Positions 24,891 through 32,940 of a stretch of 64,000 nucleotides of DNA are shown here, in pieces. The first letter of the stretch is position 1. Each line of letters begins with the position of its first letter. This DNA is from a virus: the IMG/VR virus record IMGVR_UViG_3300033475_000019; one strand, written 5' to 3'. A model generated the notes under the pieces. That model was not told where the DNA came from and ran no database searches. It was given only the letters and a program-made list of their open reading frames with translations. A program made the position numbers and the translations under genes.

Positions 24891-25703
24891 ATGTCAGCAG
24901 CACCCGAGATTGGATTCCCGAGCGCCGTGTCCGCGCTCGCCAAAACGTCGTCCGTGATCAAGGCATCGGATGCCGAAGAGCTTCGGCGTTACTTCCGCCA
25001 AGGCGGCCTGAGCGTGTTCAACGGCAGCCCCACCGCTGCCCTCATGGCGCGGCTCAGCATGTTCGGGCGCACCGCCCACCCGTGCCCCGACTGCGGCGGC
25101 GACGTGAAGCGCTGGATCGGCGGGAGCGGCTTCGTCGCTTCGAGCCCCAAGCCCCGCGAGATGTCGGAGCGCCAGCGGGCCCTGCTCGCCGCGCTCGAGA
25201 TCTTCGTGCCGGATGGCCTCCTGCCGCCGGCCGATGACACGGTGTGCCGTACCTGCGAAGGCCGCGGCTGGTCGCTCCCCCGCCACCGCACCCACAGCCG
25301 CGCACCCATCACGGCGCGCCCCACGGGCTCCAGCAAGCGCGGGCACGCCGGCTCAGCCGTCGACGTCAACGAGTCGGACATGGCGCTCATGGGGCGCGTC
25401 TCCGGGCGCCTGGACCGCCTCAGGCTCGCTCAGGGCGACCTGCCAGCCTCGGCCACCCTGGAGGCCTTCTTCGGACCAGACGGCGGCACCCTGGGCGCGC
25501 TGTGGCACCTCGTGGCGTCGGGCAAGAGCATGCTGCGCAAGAACCCCAACAAGCTCCCGCCGCAGCAGCTTTGGCAAAACCTGCGCGCCGAGCAGTCCGA
25601 GAAACCCACCGACGGTCGAGCCGCCCAGTTCAAGGCGGCCGACGAGCAGGCCACGGCGCTCTTTCAAGCCAGCTGCCTGCTTTGGAACCAGGTGGTCCGA
25701 TGA
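24891..25703 (+). CDS. hypothetical protein with DnaJ-type CxxCxGxG zinc-finger motifs
   Basis: 270 aa; CPDCGGD and CRTCEGRG motifs. First gene after a 114-bp gap. Confidence 0.55.
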   Translation: MSAAPEIGFPSAVSALAKTSSVIKASDAEELRRYFRQGGLSVFNGSPTAALMARLSMFGRTAHPCPDCGGDVKRWIGGSGFVASSPKPREMSERQRALLAALEIFVPDGLLPPADDTVCRTCEGRGWSLPRHRTHSRAPITARPTGSSKRGHAGSAVDVNESDMALMGRVSGRLDRLRLAQGDLPASATLEAFFGPDGGTLGALWHLVASGKSMLRKNPNKLPPQQLWQNLRAEQSEKPTDGRAAQFKAADEQATALFQASCLLWNQVVR

Positions 25704-26035
25704 GGCTCCCTGTGATGATTGATGGGCAGCTTTGGGCGCTAGCAAAGGGGGAGCAAATCGGCGCGCTGGTGGTGGTCGAGGATGTGCCGACCATCGGGGG
25801 GTCGGTTTACGCCAGCCAGAAAGTGAACCTCGTTTGCGAGCTAGGCCACCACAGGGTGGTCACGTACGGAACGGTTGCCAGGTGGGAGAATTCGGAAGAA
25901 GCGAAAGAGGGCCAACATCCAGCGCGCTGTCTGACGTGCCCGGAGCCGCGTAAACTACGTGAACTCAAGCGCAAAGCTCGGGAATGGGAGCGCGACACGC
26001 TACAGCGCCTCTGTGGCAATCGCGGTGCGCAATGA
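25700..26035 (+). CDS. hypothetical protein
   Basis: ATG 25700 (ATGA); 111 aa. Confidence 0.5.
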   Translation: MRLPVMIDGQLWALAKGEQIGALVVVEDVPTIGGSVYASQKVNLVCELGHHRVVTYGTVARWENSEEAKEGQHPARCLTCPEPRKLRELKRKAREWERDTLQRLCGNRGAQ

Positions 26036-26481
26036 GCGGCCCACGCGACGTGCTCACCTTCCGGCAAATGGCCCGCCGCCTCGGCTGGTCGGACACCCGC
26101 GCGTCCGGTCGAAAGCTCGCCCGCCTGATCCGGGCCCGCGAGAAAGAGACCGGCCGCCGCATCGCCACCACCACCGAGGGCGGGCACCGACGCATCACCG
26201 AAAGTGCCCTCACCCGCTACCTGCCCGAACTCCGCCGGTCGAAGGTGGACGAGCTCATGGGCAACTTCAGGGCGTACTTATCCGACATCGACGACCGGAT
26301 CGCCGAGGGCGCGGCCGCCTACATCGCCGAGAACGTGGATCCGCAAATCGCGGAATTGCGTGCTGACGATCAGAAACTGGCACGAATGCTCGACGAACTG
26401 GGCCGCCGCATGGTCCTGGTAGCAGGCGGAAATCGGCCCAGAAAAGCCCAAATTCGCCCCACCCTGAGCACCAAGGGATGA
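26032..26481 (+). CDS. HTH DNA-binding protein
   Basis: ATG 26032 (ATGA); 149 aa. LTFRQMARRLGWSDTRASGRKLARLIR is HTH-like, followed by a coiled-coil C-terminus. Confidence 0.5.
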   Translation: MSGPRDVLTFRQMARRLGWSDTRASGRKLARLIRAREKETGRRIATTTEGGHRRITESALTRYLPELRRSKVDELMGNFRAYLSDIDDRIAEGAAAYIAENVDPQIAELRADDQKLARMLDELGRRMVLVAGGNRPRKAQIRPTLSTKG

Positions 26482-26625
26482 GAGACCTGAAGGCGTCACG
26501 CGCGCCCACGGTCCCGAGAGACGAGCCCCGAGACGGACCAGCCGGCGAAACGCTGGCGGCGAGTTGCGGGAGAGGCTCACCGACCGCGACATCACAGCGA
26601 ATACCGACAGCACCAAGCGCTCGTA

Positions 26626-26655
26626 CGCCGGACGCGGCGGTAAAAACACGGTTGC
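26626..26655 (+). promoter_or_regulatory. conserved stem-loop plus AAAAACACGGTTGC element, copy A (upstream of the terminase genes)
   Basis: CGCCG-gacg-CGGCG-gt-AAAAACACGGTTGC. The 14-mer is identical to 32119-32132, and the stem differs but stays complementary. Confidence 0.55.
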
Positions 26656-26676
26656 CGGGCGCAAGGGGCAAGCAGG

Positions 26677-27123
26677 ATGGGCAAGGCCGACACTGCCACT
26701 CAGCGCACGTGCGACAAGCGGCGCCGGAGCAAGGCACCAAAACCCGCTGAGAGGGTGATCCGCATCAAGCGGATGATGTCGGAGGGGCTGTGGCAGGAGG
26801 GCGTCTCCGACCACGAGCTCGCCGAGGAGTGGAAGTGCGACGTCTCCACCGTCCGGCACAGCTCGGCCGAGGCGTCACGCGCGATTCTGAGCCAGGTCCA
26901 GGACGCAACGTTCGCGGGCCGGATGCTCACCGTCCTGCTCGACAACATCACGAACGCCCGTAACGCACGCCGTTACGAGGCGGTGGTCCGGTCCGTCGAG
27001 GTAGCCCTCCGGATCGTCGGCATCGACGCCAACAAGCCGCCGCCCCCGGACGCGAACACGACTCGGCCAGCCGAGATCGTCTTCGTCGAAGCCAAGGCGC
27101 TCCCGGAGACTGCAGGTGGCTGA
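26677..27123 (+). CDS. putative terminase small subunit
   Basis: 148 aa basic/HTH-like protein (WKCDVSTVRHSSAEASR), immediately upstream of and overlapping the large terminase gene. Follows a 195-bp non-coding region. Confidence 0.5.
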   Translation: MGKADTATQRTCDKRRRSKAPKPAERVIRIKRMMSEGLWQEGVSDHELAEEWKCDVSTVRHSSAEASRAILSQVQDATFAGRMLTVLLDNITNARNARRYEAVVRSVEVALRIVGIDANKPPPPDANTTRPAEIVFVEAKALPETAGG

Positions 27124-28525
27124 CGCGGCGCGCCGGATGGTGCTGCCGCTCAACGGACCCCAGCGCAAAGCTCGAGCGGCACTCCGGCCCGGCAACACCG
27201 TCTTCATCGGGTGGGGCCGCGGCGTCGGCAAGTCAAAGTTCATTCGCCTGATGCTCTGGTCGCTGATCGCGGCTCACGAGTACCAGGCGCGCACCAACGC
27301 GATCACGCCGTTCTTTGGTGTGCGCATCACGGTGCTGATGCCGACCTTGAAGCAATTCAAGGACGTGCACTGGGCCGGCATCGTTGAAGACCTGACGGGC
27401 GCTTGGGCGTGGCTCGGCGCGCGGCTCGACAAGCAGACCGGGCAGATCAACTTTCCGGGCGGGAGCTGGCTCAAGCCGTTCCCCGCCACCGAGCACAACG
27501 CTCGCACTGCACTCGGCCTCCGCACCGACGTGCTGGTGATCGACGAATGCGACAGCGTCGAGACCGGCGTTTACGACGCGGTTGCGATGCCGTGGCTCTC
27601 GGAGCCGTGGTCGCTCGCCATCCAGATCATAGCTGGTACGCCCAACATGGGCCGCCACGGGCTCTGGTGGCGCACGTACCAACAAGGCCTGCAGGGTGAG
27701 CGCGTTCGCCAAGGTGAGACGCTGCCGCTGCTCGAAGGCGAGACCGAAGCCGAGCGCGACCAACGCGCCGATGCTCTCAAAACCGTCTACTCGTTTCGGG
27801 CCTCCTACAAGGACGCGCCCGAGACCGTCGGCAAGCGAGCTGTCGCGAAAGCGAAGGCGACGACGCTGCCCGCGACGTTTCGGCGTGAATGGGAAGCGGA
27901 TCCGGATGCGGGCGAAGGGCTCGTTTATCCGTTCAACGAAGACTTCCACGTCATCGGCGGGCCCGACTGCCCACACGCAGAGCCACCCGCGCTCTCCGCC
28001 TGCCGCGAGTTCCACGTCGGCATGGATCACGGCTGGGTCGATCCCGCAGTGCTCTTGCTCGGCGGCATCACGGGCCACGGCAACGACGCCACGCTCTGGC
28101 TGCTCGACGAGTGGTACGAGAGCGAGTGCCCGAACCACGTTTGGAACGAGCGCGCCAAGCTTTGGGACTTTGCCAAGTTCTGGCCTGACCCTTCCCGCCC
28201 CGATCGCATCAACGACCTGCGCAGCGCGGGCTTGAAGGTCGGCGAGACCGACAACGACATTCACGGCGGCATCGCCCGCGTCGCTGACCTGCTGTTCATT
28301 CGCACGACCGAGAGCGGCGAGCGTTGGGCGCGCATGTACGTGTCGCGCAAGTGCGTGAACTTCATCCGCGAGATGGGGCTCTACCGGCGCAAGAAGCTGC
28401 CGGATGGCACCTTCGGTGAAGAGCCGGCCGACAAGGACAATCACGCGATGGACGCCGGGCGCTACCTGGCTGTCGGGCGATTCGGTCGCGGTCCCAATTA
28501 CCGCACCCTCGTCTCGGGCAGCTGA
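27116..28525 (+). CDS. terL: terminase large subunit
   Basis: Walker A GWGRGVGKSKF, Walker B VLVIDECD, C-terminal nuclease acidic motifs (HVGMDHGWVDP, DNHAMDAGRY). Start is GTG 27116 or ATG 27137. Confidence 0.85.
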   Translation: MADAARRMVLPLNGPQRKARAALRPGNTVFIGWGRGVGKSKFIRLMLWSLIAAHEYQARTNAITPFFGVRITVLMPTLKQFKDVHWAGIVEDLTGAWAWLGARLDKQTGQINFPGGSWLKPFPATEHNARTALGLRTDVLVIDECDSVETGVYDAVAMPWLSEPWSLAIQIIAGTPNMGRHGLWWRTYQQGLQGERVRQGETLPLLEGETEAERDQRADALKTVYSFRASYKDAPETVGKRAVAKAKATTLPATFRREWEADPDAGEGLVYPFNEDFHVIGGPDCPHAEPPALSACREFHVGMDHGWVDPAVLLLGGITGHGNDATLWLLDEWYESECPNHVWNERAKLWDFAKFWPDPSRPDRINDLRSAGLKVGETDNDIHGGIARVADLLFIRTTESGERWARMYVSRKCVNFIREMGLYRRKKLPDGTFGEEPADKDNHAMDAGRYLAVGRFGRGPNYRTLVSGS

Positions 28526-29928
28526 TGCACACGTCCATCCAATTCCAGGGCCAAGAAGAGGCGAACAAGATCGCCCTGGCCAACATGCCGCCGCGCTACC
28601 GGCGTCTCGAGGATCTCGAGCGCTGGGTCGAAGGTCGGCAGTACGAGGGACGCCCGAGCTGGTGGGACGACAAGCAGCCGCTCTGGGAGCGCGCGCCCTG
28701 CATCGTCTACCCGGTCGTTCAGATCGCCATTCAGTCCAACGTGGACTTGGTGCTCGGCGAAGGCCGTGCGCCGACCTTCACCAGCAAGCCTGGTGAGGAA
28801 GAAGCCGACGAGGACAACGGGCTCGGTGAGGACGACTCGCAGAAGCTCGACCGCTTCATCGTCGAGCACCACCGCATCAGCCGCTTCCGAGCTCACTGCC
28901 GCGATGCCTTTGCCGCGGCGCAGGGCTGCGGCACCGCCGTTGCTATCCACGGCGCTCGAGCAGGGAAGCCTTTCCAAGACCTGATCCCCGCAAAGTGGGG
29001 CAACCCGACGTTTGACGTTTCGGGCGCCGTCATTGAGCTGGAGATCCGCTACCCGTACTTCGAAGAGTTTCGGCAGCGCGACGGCTCGTGGGGCGTGCGC
29101 TGCAAGCTCTACCGCCGCGTCATCGACGCCGAGAAGGACACCACGTTCCTTCCGGCCGACGCGAAGGATAGCGGCGCCGAGCCTGATTGGCAGGCAGACC
29201 CCAAGCGCACGTACCCGCACGGCTTCGGCTTCTGCCCGGTCGTCTGGTACCCGCTGCTCCGCGGCTGTGCAGCCGTCAACGTGATCGACGGGACGGCGCT
29301 GCATGCGCTGCTCACCAACGAGATCCAGGGCCACGACTTCGCGGTGAGCCAGCGACATCGCTGCGCACTGTTTAGTGAGCCGCAGGTGGTCGAGATCGGC
29401 GTCGACGCGGACCACAATCCTACGGACATGGGTCGCCCTGCCGTGGTGCCAGCCACCGAGCACGGTGGACGTATCACCACCACCAACCCGCAGAAGGGCG
29501 CCTATCTGGACACCGGCGGGAGCGCTACCGGGCCGGTGCGTAAGAAGGGCCCTGGCAACGTTTGGCGGTTTCCCAACCCTGAGACGAAGGTCGAGTACCT
29601 CTCGATCCCGGCGGATTCGCTCAAGGCCATCGACGACAACGCCCGCGACCTGCGCATCAAGCTGCAGGAGGCGCTCGGCGTGGTGTTTCTCGACCCCGAG
29701 AACATCAAGTTTGCGGCGACAACTAGCGGCAAGGCGCTCGAGGCGATCAAGCAGAAGCAGATCGACCGCTGCGACCAATTCCGCGACGACTTGCGCGACA
29801 ACTTCCTTTTGCCAAGCGTGGACATGCAGCTCCGGATCGCTCACAAGCTGGGCGCTGGGCTGAAGGTTCCGGGCGCGGCTGAGGTGCAGAAGCTGCTCAG
29901 CAAGTTCGATAGCGACGCGGTTCTCTGA
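28525..29928 (+). CDS. portal protein (main part)
   Basis: 467 aa ORF coupled (TGATG) to terL; size and position are typical. The C-terminal portal-like pattern appears to continue in the next ORF. Confidence 0.65.
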   Translation: MHTSIQFQGQEEANKIALANMPPRYRRLEDLERWVEGRQYEGRPSWWDDKQPLWERAPCIVYPVVQIAIQSNVDLVLGEGRAPTFTSKPGEEEADEDNGLGEDDSQKLDRFIVEHHRISRFRAHCRDAFAAAQGCGTAVAIHGARAGKPFQDLIPAKWGNPTFDVSGAVIELEIRYPYFEEFRQRDGSWGVRCKLYRRVIDAEKDTTFLPADAKDSGAEPDWQADPKRTYPHGFGFCPVVWYPLLRGCAAVNVIDGTALHALLTNEIQGHDFAVSQRHRCALFSEPQVVEIGVDADHNPTDMGRPAVVPATEHGGRITTTNPQKGAYLDTGGSATGPVRKKGPGNVWRFPNPETKVEYLSIPADSLKAIDDNARDLRIKLQEALGVVFLDPENIKFAATTSGKALEAIKQKQIDRCDQFRDDLRDNFLLPSVDMQLRIAHKLGAGLKVPGAAEVQKLLSKFDSDAVL

Positions 29929-30326
29929 TGGCTTGGATGTCTCCGACGCTCCAGGTGCAATGGGGCGCCTACTTCAAACCAGATCCGACTGAGCAGCTCG
30001 CGGTCGTGCAGATGACCCAAGCGGCTCTCGGCGGTGGCGCCGCTGGCGGTGAGCCTCTCATCACCAAACGCATCGCCGTCGAGCGCCTCAAGCCGATCTT
30101 CGGCATCGAGAACGTCGACGCGGTGCTCAAGGATCTCGAGAAGGAAGCCGATGAGCGAGCCCAGCGCGAGCTCGACGCTGCAACTGCCCAGATCGACGCG
30201 CAAGCTCGAGCTCAAGGGCTTGGCCAGGATGCTGGCGGCGACGCTGCCGGCGCGACTGGTGGTGGCGGGCGGCCCGCAAGCGGGAAAGACAACGCTCGTA
30301 AGCCACCTGGCTCGAGCAAACCCTGA
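29928..30326 (+). CDS. portal C-terminal-like segment as a separate ORF (possible split portal)
   Basis: ATG overlaps the portal TGA. The first ~75 aa (LQVQWGAYFKPDPTEQ...ITKRIAVERLKPIFGIENVDAVLKDLEKE) resemble the C-terminal region of SPP1-gp6-type portals (from memory). The last ~40 aa are Gly/Ala/Arg junk overlapped by the P-loop ORF. Confidence 0.4.
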   Translation: MAWMSPTLQVQWGAYFKPDPTEQLAVVQMTQAALGGGAAGGEPLITKRIAVERLKPIFGIENVDAVLKDLEKEADERAQRELDAATAQIDAQARAQGLGQDAGGDAAGATGGGGRPASGKDNARKPPGSSKP

Positions 30327-30630
30327 TGCGAAGGTGCGCGGCAGCGACGAGCTGATCGGCCTTGGCTGGTCGGAGTCGTCGGAGGCCGCATCGCACTGGT
30401 TCGATGAGCCGGGCTCATGGATCTGCGAAGGCGCCGCAATGCCGCGAGCGCTGCGCAAGTGGCTCGCCCGCAACCCCGAAGGCGCACCCGCCGACCTGAT
30501 CGTCTGGGTGAACGAGCCGGTGGTCGCGCGAAGCCGCGGCCAGCACGTCATGGCGCTCGGTTGCCAGACCGTGTGGAACGAGATCCGGACCGAGCTCACC
30601 GAGCGCGGCCAAAGAGTCCTCGAGTTTTGA
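30229..30630 (+). CDS. P-loop NTPase/kinase-like protein
   Basis: Walker A LVVAGGPQAGKTTLVSHL; about 133 aa from ATG 30229 (alternative ATG 30151). Sits in the head module. Confidence 0.55.
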   Translation: MLAATLPARLVVAGGPQAGKTTLVSHLARANPDAKVRGSDELIGLGWSESSEAASHWFDEPGSWICEGAAMPRALRKWLARNPEGAPADLIVWVNEPVVARSRGQHVMALGCQTVWNEIRTELTERGQRVLEF

Positions 30631-30631
30631 C

Positions 30632-30805
30632 ATGAAGACCTGCCTGCTCTGCAACACCGACAACGCCGACGACGCGGTCACCTGCGTGGCGTGCGGTGAA
30701 GCGACGTTTGGTGCCACCGAGGCGGCAGTTGCAAACACCGTCGACGCCATGAAGGCCAGCCCGGCACCCCAAGAGGCGCCCGTGCCTAAGCGAAGCAAGC
30801 GCTGA
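30632..30805 (+). CDS. zinc-ribbon protein (57 aa; not in the ORF track)
   Basis: Own translation: MKTCLLCNTDNADDAVTCVACGEATFG...KRSKR, with two CxxC pairs. The stop overlaps the next ATG (TGATG). Confidence 0.5.
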   Translation: MKTCLLCNTDNADDAVTCVACGEATFGATEAAVANTVDAMKASPAPQEAPVPKRSKR

Positions 30806-31245
30806 TGCATCGCGTTTTTACTATCTCCGACACGACACCCGCGGCGGCCAGCACGGCCGTCAGCACGCTGAGCGTCACGGGCCTTTCGCTCTTTCCGTAC
30901 CTGCGCGTGGACGCCGACCTCATCGGCGCCACTGGCGGGACGCTCGACATCTACCTGCAGCGCCTCATCAAGCCGAACGCATGGGCGGACTGGCTCCACT
31001 TCGCGCAGCTGGCCTCCGGCGCTTCGGCCATTCGCTACAGCGCGATCGCCTGTCACGCGCTCTCGACCACCATCACGACCAACAACCGCGGCACCGATGC
31101 GGCGCCGGGCGTGTCGCTCGCGGCGGCCACCTTCGTGGGCGGTCACCCTGGTGACGTGGTGCGAGCCGTCTACGTGGCGGGCGCGAGCACGAGTGCCGGC
31201 GCCGCTATCACCATCGACATCACCGGCTTCGGCCAATTCCGCTGA
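30805..31245 (+). CDS. small beta-rich head-module protein
   Basis: 146 aa, Thr/Ala/Gly-rich. N-terminal RVFTISDTT resembles RYFTISGGS of the ORF at 34029. Confidence 0.55.
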   Translation: MHRVFTISDTTPAAASTAVSTLSVTGLSLFPYLRVDADLIGATGGTLDIYLQRLIKPNAWADWLHFAQLASGASAIRYSAIACHALSTTITTNNRGTDAAPGVSLAAATFVGGHPGDVVRAVYVAGASTSAGAAITIDITGFGQFR

Positions 31246-31248
31246 CCG

Positions 31249-31638
31249 ATGCAACGCTGGGCCACAACGAACGCTCTGACCGAGAGCGGCGCCCCAGATC
31301 CGCACGTGTTCCAGCTGGGCGGCGGCCCTGAGCTACCGGCTCAGCGAGCGGCCTCAGAGAACGAGATCAGCGCAGCTGAGCTTGCGGCCGTGGTTCCGCC
31401 GCCGCGCGCGATGGCGGTTGCGCCGGCGCCAACTGTGACACCCAAGTCTGCGCCGACCACCGACGCGCCGCTCAATACGGCCACGGTGCTCCGGCAGCTC
31501 AAGGCGCGGCTCCGCGTCGTCGAGCGCGAAATCAAGACCCGCAAAGCGCTCGAAGCTGAGCGCGAGCAGATCCAGCGGCTCATCGCGGCCGCCAAGAACG
31601 AACGAAGCAACCTGCGCGCCATTCGCGCGACGGGCTGA
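31249..31638 (+). CDS. hypothetical protein with a coiled-coil C-terminus
   Basis: 129 aa. Confidence 0.5.
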   Translation: MQRWATTNALTESGAPDPHVFQLGGGPELPAQRAASENEISAAELAAVVPPPRAMAVAPAPTVTPKSAPTTDAPLNTATVLRQLKARLRVVEREIKTRKALEAEREQIQRLIAAAKNERSNLRAIRATG

Positions 31639-31649
31639 ACGAGGAAAAC

Positions 31650-32072
31650 ATGGCAACCATCGCAGGAACGATCCGCAGCTGCAACCTCAAGAGCAAGGCC
31701 TTCTCGGGCGCTGGCACCACCACGCGCGACCGCCTCGAGGTCTGGGAAGTGACCGCGGATTTCGCGGCCTACACGGGCTCGACCGATGACGCTTCGCTCG
31801 CAGCGGTGGGCGCGGCCATCAGCGCGCGCGCTCGCGACGGCGCCACCCGCACCATCCTCTGGGGCGCCCCGGCGTTCTGCGGTGCGGACGGCAACAACCA
31901 GGCTGTCAACTTCTGCGGCACGTCCGTCGCTGCCCTCACGGTGAGCACGGACGACCTGACGGGTGAGCTCTGCACGGTGAACACCGTGTCGACGGAAGTC
32001 ACCTCCACGAGCGGCACCACCTACGGCGTCGGCATTCTCGTGGGCGTGGCGGTGACGGTCACGAGCAACTAG
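31650..32072 (+). CDS. small beta-rich head-module protein
   Basis: 140 aa; SD GAGGA upstream. Confidence 0.55.
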   Translation: MATIAGTIRSCNLKSKAFSGAGTTTRDRLEVWEVTADFAAYTGSTDDASLAAVGAAISARARDGATRTILWGAPAFCGADGNNQAVNFCGTSVAALTVSTDDLTGELCTVNTVSTEVTSTSGTTYGVGILVGVAVTVTSN

Positions 32073-32102
32073 CGATCTGCCAGTAGCTCTCTGACTCCAA
32101 CA

Positions 32103-32132
32103 CGTCCGACGGGACGGCAAAAACACGGTTGC
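32103..32132 (+). promoter_or_regulatory. conserved stem-loop plus AAAAACACGGTTGC element, copy B (upstream of the scaffold/capsid genes)
   Basis: CGTCC-gacg-GGACG-gc-AAAAACACGGTTGC, 14 nt upstream of ATG 32147. Confidence 0.55.
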
Positions 32133-32146
32133 TTGGAGGCAAAGAG

Positions 32147-32851
32147 ATGTTTCGACGTTCCCGTTTTCTCATGAACACGGAGGGCACGGCTGCGCCCAGC
32201 GGCGCCCAGCCTACCCCTGTTGCACCGCCGCCGGCGCCAGTTGTGGCTGTGCCCGCGGCAAGCGACGACCAGAACCCGCCTTGGCTCAAGGGGCGACTCG
32301 AGAGGGCCCAAAAAGAGGCACTCGAGGCGCTCGGGATCACCGACCCAGCCAAGGCCAAGGCGGCGCTCGACGCGGCCAAAAAGGCCGAGGACGAGGCGAA
32401 GAGCGCGGCGCAGCGCCTTGGCGAAACGAGCACTGCGCTCGAAGCTGAACGCGCTCGCGCCGCTGCCTACGAGTCGGTGATCAAAGAGCGTGCTGCCAGC
32501 GAGATCGGTGGCTTGACTGCCGATCAGCAGGCAGCGGTGCGGAAGATCGCTCCCGACACCGACCCGGCAGCGCAACTCCGAGCTATCACGGCTCTGGCGC
32601 CGACATGGAAGGCGGCAGCGCCCGCGGCTCCTGCTGCACCAGCGGCAACGACGCCAGCGGCAGCCACGCCTGCTGCAGTGGCACCATCTGCGCCGCCCGC
32701 CAACACAGCACCACCGCCCACCGCGCCACCGAGCGCAGCTGGCTCACCACCAGACCACAAGGCGGAGTACGCACGCTTGAAGCAGAGCAATCCCGTCGCT
32801 GCGAGCGCGTACATGCTCGAGCACGCCGACAAGATTTACCCGCGAGCGTAA
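32147..32851 (+). CDS. scaffolding-like protein
   Basis: ATG 32147 follows GGAGG (the track TTG 32129 lies inside the conserved element). Ala/Glu/Lys helical middle and Ala/Pro-rich tail. Directly precedes the capsid gene. Confidence 0.55.
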   Translation: MFRRSRFLMNTEGTAAPSGAQPTPVAPPPAPVVAVPAASDDQNPPWLKGRLERAQKEALEALGITDPAKAKAALDAAKKAEDEAKSAAQRLGETSTALEAERARAAAYESVIKERAASEIGGLTADQQAAVRKIAPDTDPAAQLRAITALAPTWKAAAPAAPAAPAATTPAAATPAAVAPSAPPANTAPPPTAPPSAAGSPPDHKAEYARLKQSNPVAASAYMLEHADKIYPRA

Positions 32852-32940
32852 GCGCCAATCAGGGCGCCCGCTGACCCGCGGAGTTTCACCGGCCGAGAGC
32901 CGGAGCGCCGGGATCTGCCCGGAATTCACGAGGACAATCC

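Noticed and set aside
26642-26655. Sigma-54 promoter reading of ...GG-N-TTGC in the late element
   Set aside because: The GG and TTGC elements are not spaced as in the TGGCAC-N5-TTGC consensus (A-tract in between), and no enhancer-binding protein gene is present.
27233-28444. 403-aa minus-strand ORF antisense to the large terminase gene
   Set aside because: The Arg/Ala/Gly/Val-rich translation is typical of an open antisense frame in GC-rich DNA. It fully overlaps a motif-supported gene.
28498-29844. 448-aa minus-strand ORF antisense to the portal gene
   Set aside because: Same antisense-frame composition. No motifs, and no room given the coupled plus-strand operon.
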